In this document: positions 28,421 to 41,272 of the stretch, in pieces | Layout of the letters: each line of letters opens with the position of its first letter | Position numbering within the stretch: the stretch's first letter is position 1 | Origin: Azolla caroliniana | Lineage: Eukaryota > Plantae > Polypodiophyta | Direction: 5' to 3' | Assembly: GCA_043228905.1 (NCBI GenBank) | Contig: JBHGNT010000003.1 | Coordinates: 21,452,001-21,516,000 of the forward strand | DNA: 64,000 bases | Notes under the pieces: model-generated | What the model was told of the DNA's origin: nothing | The model's database searches: none | The model's input: only the letters and a program-made list of their open reading frames with translations | Made by a program: the position numbers and the translations under genes

Positions 28421-29515
28421 TCAATGGGATGATAATGATGCAGGAGCAGGAGCAGGAACAGGAAGATTAAGCGGAATTGGGAGCGGAAGAGGGAGAGTTG
28501 TGTTGGTTAGCTTGGCAACAATGACAGAGTTCACGACCTCGTCTGTGGGATGGAAGACAGACAGGACCTGGAAGCCTGCATCCTGCAGGAGGGAGAGATC
28601 GACGATGGGGTAAAGGAAGGCCCTGGCGCTGTTGGCGCTGCGGACGACGAGGGAGGCGCCGGGCCTCATGTTCTCGGAGAGGTGCTTCAAGATCTTGCGC
28701 TTCAGGTCCTGGTCGAGGCCGACGAGGGCGGCGAGGAAGACGACGTCGTAGGAGGCCATCTCCTGGCCGACGTCCAGGATGTCGCAGGTATGGAAGCGCA
28801 TCCTGGAGGCGAGATCGGGGTCAGAGGCCACGAGCCTGGAGGCGAGCTCGTTGGCCTGCGGATCTAGGTCATAGTTGTCGAAGACTGCGTTCCGCAGGTG
28901 ATTCGCGGCCAGGACGATGGAGGTGAGGGGCATGGGCCCAGATCCGATGAAGGCGACCTTATCCATGGAGAGCTCAGGCGAGCTTGAAGCGGCGGCAGTG
29001 GCAGAGAAAGCGGCTGCGGCTCCAAGCAGGAGATGGTGCTCCAGCATGGCTAGCTTCAGGTAATTGGAGTAGTAAGGGAAGAGATGGAAGGAATTGTGGG
29101 GCTCCGGCATGTCCCCGAGGATCCTCGCGTAGTGCTGCTCCAGCAGTCCCTCGGCCTTCCCGCACAGCCGGATGAGGCTCCCCCGCACCCTCGCCACCTC
29201 CGCCGGCACGTGCTCCGGGTTCCCGAAGTCGATCTCGCACCGGTGCAGGCACAGCGACACCAGCCTCGAGAAGAGCTCGTTCACCCTCCCCGACGGCCGG
29301 AGATCGTCCTCCAGCCCCTCGATGTCCGCGTGGAGCTCCAGGACGGACGCGATCAGATCCTCGCGCGAGATCGTGATGCTGTGCGTGTGCGTGGAGTTGT
29401 CGCAAATGTCGGGCGGAGGGGCCGCCGCCGCCGTACCTGACACTAGGGTCAGGCCCGGGACCTGGGGCCTAAGGAGCTGCAAGCAACCCTCATTGTAGAA
29501 AGCCAATGTCTCCAT
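28421..29515 (-). CDS. NAS: nicotianamine synthase (intronless, ~364 aa from METLAF)
   Basis: Intact ORF with NAS motifs LRPSGRVNELFSRLV, EGLLEQHY, FPYYSNYLKL, VAFIGSGPMPLTSIVLA, YDVVFLAALVG, RSANSARAFLYP, FHPTDEVVNSVIVA. The ORF-track start at 29587 is non-ATG and lies in a CA repeat. Confidence 0.95.
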   Translation of the reverse strand: METLAFYNEGCLQLLRPQVPGLTLVSGTAAAAPPPDICDNSTHTHSITISREDLIASVLELHADIEGLEDDLRPSGRVNELFSRLVSLCLHRCEIDFGNPEHVPAEVARVRGSLIRLCGKAEGLLEQHYARILGDMPEPHNSFHLFPYYSNYLKLAMLEHHLLLGAAAAFSATAAASSSPELSMDKVAFIGSGPMPLTSIVLAANHLRNAVFDNYDLDPQANELASRLVASDPDLASRMRFHTCDILDVGQEMASYDVVFLAALVGLDQDLKRKILKHLSENMRPGASLVVRSANSARAFLYPIVDLSLLQDAGFQVLSVFHPTDEVVNSVIVAKLTNTTLPLPLPIPLNLPVPAPAPASLSSH

Positions 29516-29725
29516 ATGTATGTTTAATGTATGTCTCTTGAGAACCTCTACAACCACACACACACACACACACACAATTGGGGGCAAGTCTTTTTGTTTT
29601 GAGTGTGTGAGTGTGTGTGTGTGTTTTGTTTGGGGAGGGGACTTAGGATTGTGGTATTGTTTTGTTGGTATTTTTGCTCTTTTGCACTTTGTAGCTTGTG
29701 GCTAGCGTGCGTACCCACGCGCCCC

Positions 29726-29735
29726 CCTTATATAC
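29726..29735 (-). promoter_or_regulatory. putative TATA box of NAS
   Basis: rc GTATATAAGG about 210 bp upstream of the ATG, followed by a CA-rich 5' UTR. Confidence 0.55.
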
Positions 29736-30964
29736 GCGAAAAAAAGCTCGCCCTAGGCATACTAGGCCACATGATTAATCTTGGGATCTTGTCATTTCCA
29801 TGGGCCCATACCTCCACACATCCTCCACACGCCCTCCACACGCCTTGCGCTAGGTTTTCCTCAAAAAATCCCTCCTCCCCCTTCTTCTCTCTAGATTCTC
29901 TTCTATCTCCTTATTCTTCTTGTTCTCCATTATTAATATTATTGTTGTGCATGAGGTTTCGTCTCCCTCCCATTTTCATTATCGTCCTCTTTCGTCTCTC
30001 TCTCTCTCTCTCTCTCTTGGTTTGGCAGTACGGCATGGAATGGTCACGCATGGCTCGAATCACGAACATGTGCCCCACATGATGTGACGCTACATGGGCA
30101 CACCATTTTTCAAACCGTATAACAAGTCAGATGTGCCATCATGAGTGTTTTTATTAATTGTCCGAATCGAAAGTGTCTACTTTTCGTAATCTGCCCTTTA
30201 TTTTCCAAGGGGGTCAAGCTCTTTGGCATTTAACCTTTCCTCTCTAATATCCTTATATAGGATATAGATTCTTGACATTTTTGTAAACCATACCAATGCA
30301 TAGAATGTCGTTAGTGATGACATTTTCAACAATTACCTTGTTACCTTGCATGTTACGAAGAGTTGCACACCAAATGAGGGGCATGCATCAATGAACCCTT
30401 TTGAATCAAGTTGTTTAATTAAGTAGGCATTTTGAGGTTTTTGCCTAATTGAAAAGATTGAAGCTCACAACGTGAAATTTGGTAGTTTTTATAGGGATTT
30501 ACAAATTTTGGAATTTGACTTGAACTACTTCAATCATCCATTAGGGTGAAAGTGTCATTCACTAACAAAAGTTTCATTGGGGAGTCTATGTATAATATAT
30601 ATATATATATATATTAGTTTATTCCAAAAAAGCACTTCATAAACAACATTATAACCTTTTTGTATTTGTTAAGGTAAGGCATAATTTTGATGTCCCATTT
30701 TTAGTGATCACTTGCTTGTGACACACATTTGTTTTGGAAGGCTAGTAATATCAGGTGACTCTAGGAAAGTCGAAAAAGTAGGCCTTACGTCGATTGATAA
30801 TCACACAAAATGGGAGGTAGTCATTGACCAATTATTGTAGGCCTAGTTTTGGATGTATAGCTTCAAGCATCACATCTATGATAATTCAAAGAGAAGAAAA
30901 GCAAGATAGGACAACAAAGAAATATAGCTTGAATAATCATGTGGACATTATAGAGTGTTTAGTT

Positions 30965-30969
<5 letters not shown>

Positions 30970-31012
<43 letters not shown>
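30970..31012. repeat. (GA)n microsatellite
   Basis: direct inspection. Confidence 0.9.
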
Positions 31013-31014
<2 letters not shown>

Positions 31015-31803
31015 TTGAATAATGTTAAAAGTGAAGGTCACAGGTGTAGCAACCATAATGAAAGGCTAATGTGATTCTTCCAAAAGGATTTAACAGAAAG
31101 GGTCATTCTTATGTATTTCTTTTGTTCACTTGTAGATTTGAACGGCTGCGGTTCTTTTTCTTCTGTCCTTCTACGTGTGATAATGTTTGGATGTTTTGTC
31201 ATCTTTTCACATTCCTTGTTTAGACTTTACTTCTCAAAAGTATCTACAGTAAGAACTATTCATTTTGTTGGACTTGACGAGACATTGCCATTCAAAAAAA
31301 TAAGGATGATGAAGTGCGCACTTTGCAAGGCTTTATTGTCATGACTCATGAGGATGTTAAATAGTTATGCTTTCTCACTAGAAAATAATTAGCAAGACTC
31401 TTGGATAGTCTTGAACCAAGTAAGAGTATGAAGAACATGTGGACATCATTGTATATTGATATTGCTATGCTTGCATTTTTATTGATTGTATTTACTACTT
31501 TACATTTTTACACATATTGATTTGTTCAATTAGTTTCATCACAATACTTTGGTTTTGGAAGTTTGCTAGCATAGTTTACTATAGTTAGGTTAGACATTTG
31601 TAAAGAATGGATACATCGTATTTATGAAAACTAATATATCGTGAGAATTCAAGAATGTTGACTTTAATACGTTTTATATACCAATTTATGAGTAACACGT
31701 ATACACGCTTTGTCATGTGCATAAGGTTTCTCGAATCTTCTGAAAATAAGGTGTGAACACGAGATTACATGTTAAGGTACAATGTCAAAGCATTACTTGA
31801 ATA

Positions 31804-32113
31804 TATAAAAGATAACAAACTTGACATGCTTGCAAGTTCAATATAACAACAAATTGTATATAGATGAATGAACTTATATAATTAAAATCATCATTATGTG
31901 CTAAGTATACTAAATCTTAAATTTTTGTGTAACAATGGTCCACTCTTCCATTCACTATAAAAGATAACAGACTTGACATGCTTGCAAGTTCAATATAACA
32001 ACAAATTGTATATAGATGAATGAACTTATATAATTAAAATCATCATTATGTGCTAAGTAAACTAAATCTTAAATTTTTGTGTAACAATGGTCCACTCTTC
32101 CATTCACTATAAA
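31804..32113 (+). repeat. near-perfect 152-bp tandem duplication
   Basis: TATAAAAGATAAC at 31804 and 31956; two substitutions seen; TATAAA at both boundaries. Confidence 0.92.
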
Positions 32114-32683
32114 CACTTTGTCACTTTTTTTATATCCATGATTACAATTTTCTATTATAAAACTATTCTCTATACATATTCACTTTTCACGGTCCAATGT
32201 TTTTAAGGCAATGTGATTAGATGTAGGGTTCACGAATAAAATAAAACATACATTGCGACGAACAGGGACAACTACAAAGAAGCCATGTAATCTTGAAAGA
32301 AATCTTGACGATCCTGAAAGATATGTTTCCGGCTCTAGAGATTCTAAACTCCAATCAAATCAACATTTCTCAACTCCACTGAATAGATTCGTAATCTTAT
32401 TGAAAACTCAGATTAAGATTTTATGAACTATAATAACGCTAGTATTTCAAATCTTAGGGAAAGTGAGTGACGCTTCTTGTGTGATTGTGGGTATGTAATG
32501 TCCTATGAATTTAGAAAATTTAATGTAAGGTATATTTTGTTGATACAAAAATAAATGATATAAAAAGTGGTTTACCATAATCTTATTTGAAATGAATGTT
32601 GAGAACATGTTCAAATTTAGTGGTAGATGAATATCAGCAATCTATGAAAGTCTTCCCAATTTTATTCTAAACTTTGTTAAACT

Positions 32684-33009
32684 TAGGAATTGGCAATGGC
32701 TTGGCTCAAGCATGAACTGAACCGTTAAACAGTTTGGAGGTTTAAGGGTTCAGTTCGGTTTAGGCTTGAGCTTCCTTAACTAGTTTAAACTCAGTTTGGG
32801 ATGGCTCAAGTTGAACCAAACCCATTTGGGGCAAACCGGTTAAGGCTTAATCGGTTTGTCTCAACCGATTTGCCATACTAATTAGCCTTATCCGGTTTAG
32901 AATCCAGTTTGGGTCAAGTTTGGAAACTCCCAAACTGGTTAAAGCTTAACTGGTTTGGTTTGGACAAGCCAAACCGATTAAGTTGAAACGTAATTGTTGC
33001 CAATTCCTC
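32684..33009. mobile_element. degenerate hAT-type MITE
   Basis: TAGGAATTGGCAA / TTGCCAATTCCTC termini; AACCG/CGGTT subterminal repeats; imperfect 8-bp TSD GTTAAACT/GTTACATT. Confidence 0.7.
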
Positions 33010-33149
33010 GTTACATTTATGACCCCTATTCATGAAACTTTGAATGACATCAAAATCTTGTATGTTAAATGAATTCAAAGCCCTATTCAAGAATCACATT
33101 TCTCTTGAGATCATGTTACCATTGCAAGAGACATAATAATATTTGCAAC

Positions 33150-34740
33150 AACATTTCTTCATGAGGATGGATAAAGAAATATCTTTCTGAAATAATGTGC
33201 AATATGTGTGAATGTTGGAGATTCATCCATCGATTGTGCACTAAATAGACAACAAATGCCCAATATGCGAAATGAAGAACTGTAATAGGATGGAAATCTA
33301 TTATAGGACAAGAGGCCGATGAAGGAGTTTCTAGGATGGCAAAGGGTAAATAATTAAAGTTTCTGGTGGAGATGTCTTATTTGTTATACCCTCCAAAAGA
33401 AGGGACACTTTTGAACTCGATCCTTAGACCTTCAAGAGAATAAGAATGGCACATAACTTGTACAAAGCCTTATAGAAGTAGGAAGTCAAATGTGGAAACA
33501 AAGGCTTGGTAGAAGTGCATATGTGGTGCAAGTAAGAACGCAAAAGCAAGCCCAATAGTGTAAATGTTCAAAGTGGACATACTTATAATGACACTATATT
33601 ACATCAAGCCACTACCAATCAAGTATAATATTGCTAGGCAAAGTAGCGGATTTTGACTTAAGAGGAAGGATAAGGTAAGAGTATATTGAGGCTAAGAAAT
33701 TGGGGAAGTCACCATAGTTCTAGAGGCACTTGAAAGAAAGCTAGAAATATCCAAGTTCGGAAATAAATCAAAATTGGAAGAAATGAACATTGGGTTTTGC
33801 AAGTACCACAAATCATTTTTTAGCAAAGGATTAGATTAGTTTCGAGATTACACCATTGTTGAAATGACTCGTTATCTGCCCAAGGGATTGAGATTTCAAA
33901 AGATGGCAAAAGAGTATCATTTTAAAGAAGGGATCTCCAACTACATGACTCAAAATTATTTAAGTAGTGTTGGTTGTGTGAGATGTGAGAAAATTACTAG
34001 TATGGTAGACCAACATGGTTTTTTCCTTTTGGAATAATTATCTCAAGGAGGAAGTATTCATTTATGCAACCATAATTTTTTGGACTATCCAATTCAAAAT
34101 GCAAAAATCTTGAGGTTACTGGTACTCGTGTAGTACTGGTCATAAATGGATTGTAGATCCTGATCCGATCAAAGTACAACCCGATTGGCACATATGTACT
34201 CATGAAAACACATGGCTACGTAAGGTCAATTGGGACCCTTTGCAATGGACATGGCGTGATCCTTACGCGGAGCAAGGAAGCAAACCCATCCCTTTCTTCC
34301 AATTCACAACTAGATTGGGTCGCCACATCGTAGCTGCTCAAATTGCTCGAGACCGGCTGCTGCAAAGGTTTGGCACACATATGAAGTTCCTCACACAATT
34401 ATCACCAAGTTTTGGCAGAAAATCTGTAAACAACAACACGCGAGGCGAATTACCACGTTCCAATGACTATTAATACATAAGTCACTACCGGTGGGAGCAT
34501 GGCAACGTGGGAACCTTAGCTCTCCTAATTGTGTAGAGTGTCCAAATGCAGTAGAATCAATACGACACGCTTTGTGGGACTACCCAACGTCCCATCGAAT
34601 ATGGCGGGGGGTTGGCCACTTGTTGCAATTATGCCAGGTGCAAGGCTTAATCAAGTGGGGAAATATATGTTGGCATCATGGCAGACCCTAGTTGGCAGAT
34701 ATGAGCATCAAGAGGGGATGACTTTGGTGATAAAAGCATG
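33150..34740 (+). pseudogene. old LINE ORF2 C-terminal remnant
   Basis: 34470-34691 encodes LIHKSLPVGAW...CVEC...ESIRHALWD.P...IW (zf-RVT-like); left limit uncertain. Confidence 0.55.
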
Positions 34741-34979
34741 TTAAGAATTAGGTAGGTAATTAAGAGTTAATCAGTACTTAATTATGTGATAAAGTTAAGT
34801 GCGGAAGATTATGTGATATGTGTGTGAATGTGTGTGAGAGGAAGTGAGAGAGAGAGAGAGAGATACACTTATAAACAATACAAGATGGGGGATGAGTAAC
34901 TATATATTAAATTAACATCAACATCATCATCAAATACAAAAATACCCACTATTTGTATAGGTCATCATCATCAAATATA

Positions 34980-35475
34980 TTTGTTTGTTTTTAGGAGTGA
35001 TGATGGTGGGGGGACAGAAGCAAATCATAAGGGGATGAGGAACCATTCTTCACTTGTTTTTGTTGTTATTTGTATAGGTCAGAGGGATTCGGCGAGATGG
35101 TGGATGTGGTTTGATTGAAGCAATTTCTCTGTTTTTAGGAGTGACGATGGTGTGGGGGAACGAAGCAAATCATGAGGGGATGAGGAACAATTTCTCATTT
35201 TTGTTGATTCATTGCACAAGACATTGGTGGTATTCGGCGAGATGGTGGATGTGGACTAAAGGAAGCAATGTGTCTGTTTTAGGAGTGGTGATGGTGGGGG
35301 GGATCGAAGCAGCTCATGAGGGGATGAGGATTTTTTTTACTTATTTTGTTGTTAATTCCACAGGACATTGGTGGCATTCAGCGAGATGGTGGAGGTGGAT
35401 TGAATGAAGCAATTTGGTTGTTTTTAGGAGTGATGATGGTGAGGGGGCCGAAGCACATCATGAAGGGAGAGTGAA
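34980..35475. repeat. 144-bp tandem repeat, ~3.5 copies
   Basis: TAGGAGTG..GATGGTG at 34992, 35136, 35280, 35425. Confidence 0.85.
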
Positions 35476-36079
35476 TCAGTTGTGGGGATCGAAGCAAATG
35501 GGGTGAGAGGTGGAGATTAGTATAGTACATTTCATTTTCATGGTCTGTTTTTTTTCTCCCCAACAGTTTTTACAAATGCTGGAATCAGTTCAAATCTGTT
35601 TGCAACCTGTTTCAGTTGGGATGGTGAATCTTCTTACAGCTCCACACCTGACACATATGATTGGAAAGACGGAGGACATGGAATATCATGTGAAATATAA
35701 GTTTTCTATGGAGTTTTGTTCTAAGAGCCCAAAATTTTGTTTTCTGCAGTAGATCACTAGAATCAATGCTGTGTTTTATGGCTGTTTTTTTTTCCCAACA
35801 GTTTTTACAAATGCTAGAATCAGTTCAGATATACTGGTGGAGATGAAACAATATTATGTACTATTTGTATATTGCCTTCGGGCTTTTTATTAATACCAAT
35901 GGAGCATATGTTTTATGGTAAAAAAAATAAAAAAATAAAAAAATATCCACAATGAGATATATATACATCTCATGTGCAAAGGTGCACATGTGTGAGTAGA
36001 ATATAGGTACTAATGTGTAAGTCCTATATTAAATGTACTTAGGAGTGGAGGATCTAGAATATCCCACTTAAGTACAAGG

Positions 36080-37657
36080 TCCTATTTAAGGCGTTATAGT
36101 CAACACTTCTAACTAGATTCTATCTAGGTAGCTACGAAGTTACATTGTTGACTAACTAACTAAACTAAATTGAGCTTGATCTCTCAACACGCCCCCTCAA
36201 GCTCAAGTGCGAGGCGTCCGACATCCGCTTTGGCTTTCGTCGGTTTCGTGTGCCTCCGTCCGGCCTTCGGCTTTCTTCATCGTGGCAATCTCGGTTCCTC
36301 CCCCTCAAACCGATGACGAAGGCTTGTAGTGTGTGGGCGAAGGTCGGCTACTTCCACCCATCGTGGGTTACGAACCACTTCGGTGGAGCTCTTGGGCTCT
36401 TGCTCGACTGCTACCTTCATCGCGAAGGCGTAATGATGGGCCATATACTCGTTGTAGCCGAGCCGAGTGACGAGATTCTTCTCTCTAGAAGAGCGTCGAA
36501 GTTTTTCGCTCGTCGATGTGAGTGCCTTCTTTACTCCGGGTGTCCGCATGATGGGTACACCGAACTCACTGTCTAGTGAGGGAGCCGATCTATCCGAATC
36601 ATTGTTGTTGGGGTGGTCGACTTCGTATTCGGGCATCTTACCTTTGCCTTTGTCCAAGTTCGTACTTGGCCGCAACGTGCTTGGGTCACGTGGGGGCTCT
36701 TGTGGCCCACTAGGCTTTGCCGTAATCGGACTTTCTTCGAACATGTGTTCGAAGCGATCTCCATCTTCTACCTCTTGTTCGGCGGATTCCGGGTCGAGGG
36801 GAGTCGGAGTCGTAGTTGTCTCTAGCGTGTGTACCAGGATGCAGATTCGTCGAAGACTACGTCTCGACTTACCCGAACCGTTCAGGTAGAAGGGTTGTAG
36901 CACTTGTATGCCTTCTTCTCGGATGAGTATCCTATGAGGATACATTCCTCCGACTTTGCGTCGGGCTTCTGTCGTTGTTCATTCGGGATGCGTACATTCA
37001 CAATGCTTCCGAACACCTTGAGGTGCGACAGGATCAACTTCCTTCCGACGAGGAGCTCGTATGGAGTTAGCTTATGCACTCCATTAGTGGTGCATTGATT
37101 CATGAGATAGACGGCCGTGGATGCCACTTCGGCCCAATAGAAATTCGACATGTGCTTCTCATGCATCATGCGTGCTACCTCGAGTATTTGCCAATTTTGC
37201 CTTTCGGCGACTCCATTTTGTTGGGGTGTGTGTCGGCACGAGAATTTTCTCCGAATGCCTTCACTTTGGAGGTAGGAGGTGAATTTGTTGGAGAAGTACT
37301 CCTTTCCTCCATCCGATCGTAGGCATTGAATGTGCCGACTGGTTTCTTTTTCGACTTGCCCCTTGAGCTTTTGGAAGTGGTAGAACACTTCGCTTTTCTT
37401 CTTCATCGGGTAGATCCACGCGTAGCGCGAGTAGTCGTCGATGAAGGTTACGTAGTATCGGCATCCACCGATCGTTGGCGTTTGAGCCGGTCCCCATACA
37501 TCCGAGTGTATGACGTCATGGAGGCCTTTGCGCACGTGGCTCTCCTTCAGGAATGGGAGTCGATGTTGTTCGCCGAGTTGACACGCTTTGCATACTCGGT
37601 CAACTCATTTTGACTCGAATGTCGGAAGTCCGATGATGACTCCCTTGGTTTGCATCG
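36080..37657 (-). mobile_element. truncated Ty1/copia with RT-RH deleted
   Basis: INT 36882-37535 (VIHSDVWGP, RSDGGKEY); linker 36277-36945; PPT (rc of CGCCCCCT 36190-36197) then TGTTGAGAG LTR start at 36189. Confidence 0.85.
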
Positions 37658-37741
37658 GTGTGAAAATCGGTATGCATAACATGGTTGCATCAGTGTGAAA
37701 ACCAAAGAGGCCTTTAGAAAATTCCTCGTAAGGGAATAATT

Positions 37742-40700
37742 TTGGGAGTTTGTGTAGTAGGCTCATTTATGAGCAGTCAAGTATTGTCAATACTTGTGTT
37801 AGCCCGATTGTCAGGGCTTGTATATAAGGTGCTCACCGAGCACGAAGTATGTACAGAACAGATTGAGTATTATTTTGAATTAAGTTTCTGTGTTCTCTCT
37901 CTCTGTCTCTCCCGCGTACTGTGTATATTCAAGCTCTCCATTAAACCTGTGTATTTTTTGTGTTCGGTTTTCTATTGCTTCCGCACACTATTTTTTACAT
38001 GGTATCAGAGCGCGAGGGTTGAGAACCTCTACAACCGACATAGCTTGAAAAGAAAACTAACCAAGAAGAACAGGGAAAACAAAATGGATAGAGGCATGGC
38101 TAGCTCGCTTCCTATCGAGAAGCTTGACAGAAACAACTACGCGTCTTGGTCCTACCAGATGCACCAGTACTTGCTCGGGCACGGTTACTGGAGCTATGTT
38201 GACGGAGCAAATGACACAGCACCCGAATCGACACATAGAGATTTCCCGGTGTGGGAACAGTCGGCGAGTAGAGTACTGTACTGCTTCGCGTCTTGTGTGG
38301 GCGAACAACTCCTGAGCTATATTCGGGATGCGAAAATGCCAAAGGATGCTTGGGGAAATCTGAAGAAGATCTTCGCCGCAAGCACCATAGCCAGGAAGCT
38401 TCAACTTACGACAATGCGACTTGTCGGTGGTTGATTACACCTCGAAGATCAAAGAGATATACGACTCCTTAGCCTCTATCGATGTGAACATCGAGGAAGG
38501 TGAGATGGTGCAGATCTGTCTCGGGGGACTGGCATCGAAGTTCGGAACATTCCGAACTGCTGTGTGTACATGGGAGAATACGCCGTCGTTTTTCGACTTA
38601 CAGTCGATGCTCCTTATAAAGGAGAACCACCACAGAGGGAGATAGGTCCCGTGGTCGTGGCGGATGAGGCGAGTCGGTGCGCAATGGAGGCGGCCGACGG
38701 GATCAAGGAAGAAGGCACCGAAGTGATGCCGACAACAATTCTGAACCCTCCGGAAACAGGGGGAGTTGAGGTGACAAGAACCGGCAAGGGAAATCCACCG
38801 CAGAATGTTGGTACTATGGCAAGAAAGGCCACAGGGAGAGCGGGTGCTAGAAAAAGCGCGCCGATTCGGAAAGAACCGGGTCTGGATCAGATTCCGGACA
38901 GACCGACAAAGGAAATCTGCAGTGATTGCACTACACCGAAGGATTCGGAAAAGCCGGAAAAGGGTCAGTCTTCGTGACGAGACACGAAGCAAACTTGATG
39001 AAGAAGATCACCCTGAAGTCGGACGAGGTGTGGTACGTCGACTCCGGTGCGTCAAACCACATGACGTGCCACAAGGAGTGGTTCTTGTACCTGGAAAAAC
39101 CGATGCAACCGGGAGTAATCTCAACCAGAGACGACACTCCGCATCCGATCGCGAATGTCGGTGAAGTTCCCTTGAGCCATGTCGGGCAGAAAGGGAAACT
39201 TATGAACGTGTTACACGTCCCAACAATCACGAAGAATCTGGTGTTGGTCGGGCAGATCGTCGACCAAGGGATGCAAGTCTGGTTCACGTATCTTGGGTGC
39301 TTCATTGAGGAAGAAGGCTGAGTTATTGTGCAAGGGCACAAGGATGGGAGGATGTTTATCCTCGACTCTAGCGACGGTGGCACCACAATGTTCGCAAAGG
39401 GACAAAAAGTCGGGTCGGATATCGACTTATGGCACAAGCAGATAGGCCACGTCAACTATCAACGGCTTCAGGACGTGCAATCGAAACAAGTTGTGTTCAG
39501 ATTGCCCAAATTTAGTGGCCGGAAGGCACAAATTTGTGAAGCTTGCCAGCTAGGGAAGCAACACCGACTTCCTTTCCCTAATGAGTGTAACCGGAGCTGG
39601 AACAAGCTCGACTTGATACATTCCGTAGTATGGGGGACGACGTAGAACGTTAGTCTTGGCAGGAGTCGATATTTTGTCTCCTTCATCGACGACTATACGC
39701 GACACACGTGGATCTACCTTATTGAGAAGAAGAGTGAAGTCTTTGACTGTTTCCGGGACCTCAAAGGGTTCGTGGAAACGGAAACAAGACGAAATATCAA
39801 GTGCTTCCGGTCGGATGGTGGAAAAGAGTACTTTTCCAGTCAATTCAACGGCTATCTGCAACAGATGGGAATTCGGCGCGAATTAAGTTGTAGATACACG
39901 CCAAAGCAAAACGGCGTGGACGAGAGGAAGAACCGGTGAATTGTAGAAGCGGCACGGGCAATGCTGGAAGAAAACAGCTTGCCCAAGTTCTGTTGGGCCG
40001 AGGTAGTACGAACCGCGATATACATCCAGAATCAGATCAGAGATAAAGTGTCGGCGCATGAGCAATATTTTGGAAGGAAGTCAAATCTGCGACACTTGAG
40101 AGTTTTCGGTAGCATTGCGTATGTGCATGTGCCGAAGGAGAAACGGAGGAGGTTGGACGTGAAAGCTGAGAAGTGTATCTTGGTCGGCTATTCGGACGAG
40201 CAGAAGGGTTATAAGTGTTATAACCCTCGCACCAAACAAGCGCGCATGAGCCGCGACATTGTGTTTGACGAGTCCGCGTCCTAGTACCTGCCTCCGACTC
40301 CAGACCTCACCTCTAATCTGAGTTCTGACGATGAGGTTAGTGAGGCTGAGATACCTCCGGATGAGCCTGAAATCGGGACCCGCGAAGAGAGTCTGATTTC
40401 GTTTAAGTTAAGTGGATCGGATGGACGACTGAGTCGGTTCGACCAATCCGATAAAGAGCCGGCGAGTAGTGGAGACTCGGCCGTGCATTCCCTGAGCAGG
40501 AAGCCTAGGAGACGGCTTACGCGCAAGGAAAAAGGGAAGAAGAAGGTGTCAGATTACGGCTCAGATAAGAACGAGTTGAATCGACACGAGTTCAACTCTG
40601 AGGGAAGTGATGACGGGTCTTCGAGAGCGAAGTCCGCGTTGGCTAAGATAGCCTCAACATTGGCTAATGAGCAATTGCGCCGATCTACCTACCAGAAGAA

Positions 40701-41272
40701 CCTTGTTGTGTGGTTCGGATACAATGAGTACATGGTGCATCACTATGCGTACATGACCCGTGTAGCGGAAGTGCGTGAGCCGGAGAGCTACGCAGAAGCG
40801 GCGAAGGATGCAAATTGGCGCGCCGCATTGGAGGAAGGGATGCGCACATTAGCGGAGAATGAAACCTGGGACCTGGTTGACGCACCTAAAGGTGTGAAGC
40901 CGATCGGATGTAGGTGGATATTCAAGGTCAAGTACAACATTGATGGCTCGGTCAACCGATACAAGGCCCGGTTAGTAGCGAAAGGCTACGCACAGAAACA
41001 CGGCATCGACTATGATGAGACATTTGCGCTGGTCGCGAAGATGACGACCGTCCGTGTTTTGCTCGCGGTAGCTGTGGCGAAGGGGTGGCACTTACATCAG
41101 ATGGATGTAAAGAATGCATTCCTGCAAGGTGAGCTTCAAGAACAGGTGTACATGGTTCAACCCCCCGGATTTCACTCCGGAACGAACACTTCGGCGGTGT
41201 GCCGATTGAAGAAGTCCCTTTACGGACTAAAGCAAGCCCCACATGCCTGGAACGCGAAGATCACACAACGAT
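37742..41272 (+). mobile_element. Ty1/copia, same family as 1-5428, 3'-truncated inside RT
   Basis: partial LTR ending ACA at 37999; PBS TGGTATCAGAGC 38000-38011; gag MDRGMASSLPIEKL; PR WYVDSGAS; INT; RT up to [15 protein letters not shown]. Confidence 0.93.

Noticed and set aside
29516-29587. N-terminal 24-aa extension of NAS in the ORF track
   Set aside because: Non-ATG start within a (CA)n tract; first in-frame ATG is at 29515
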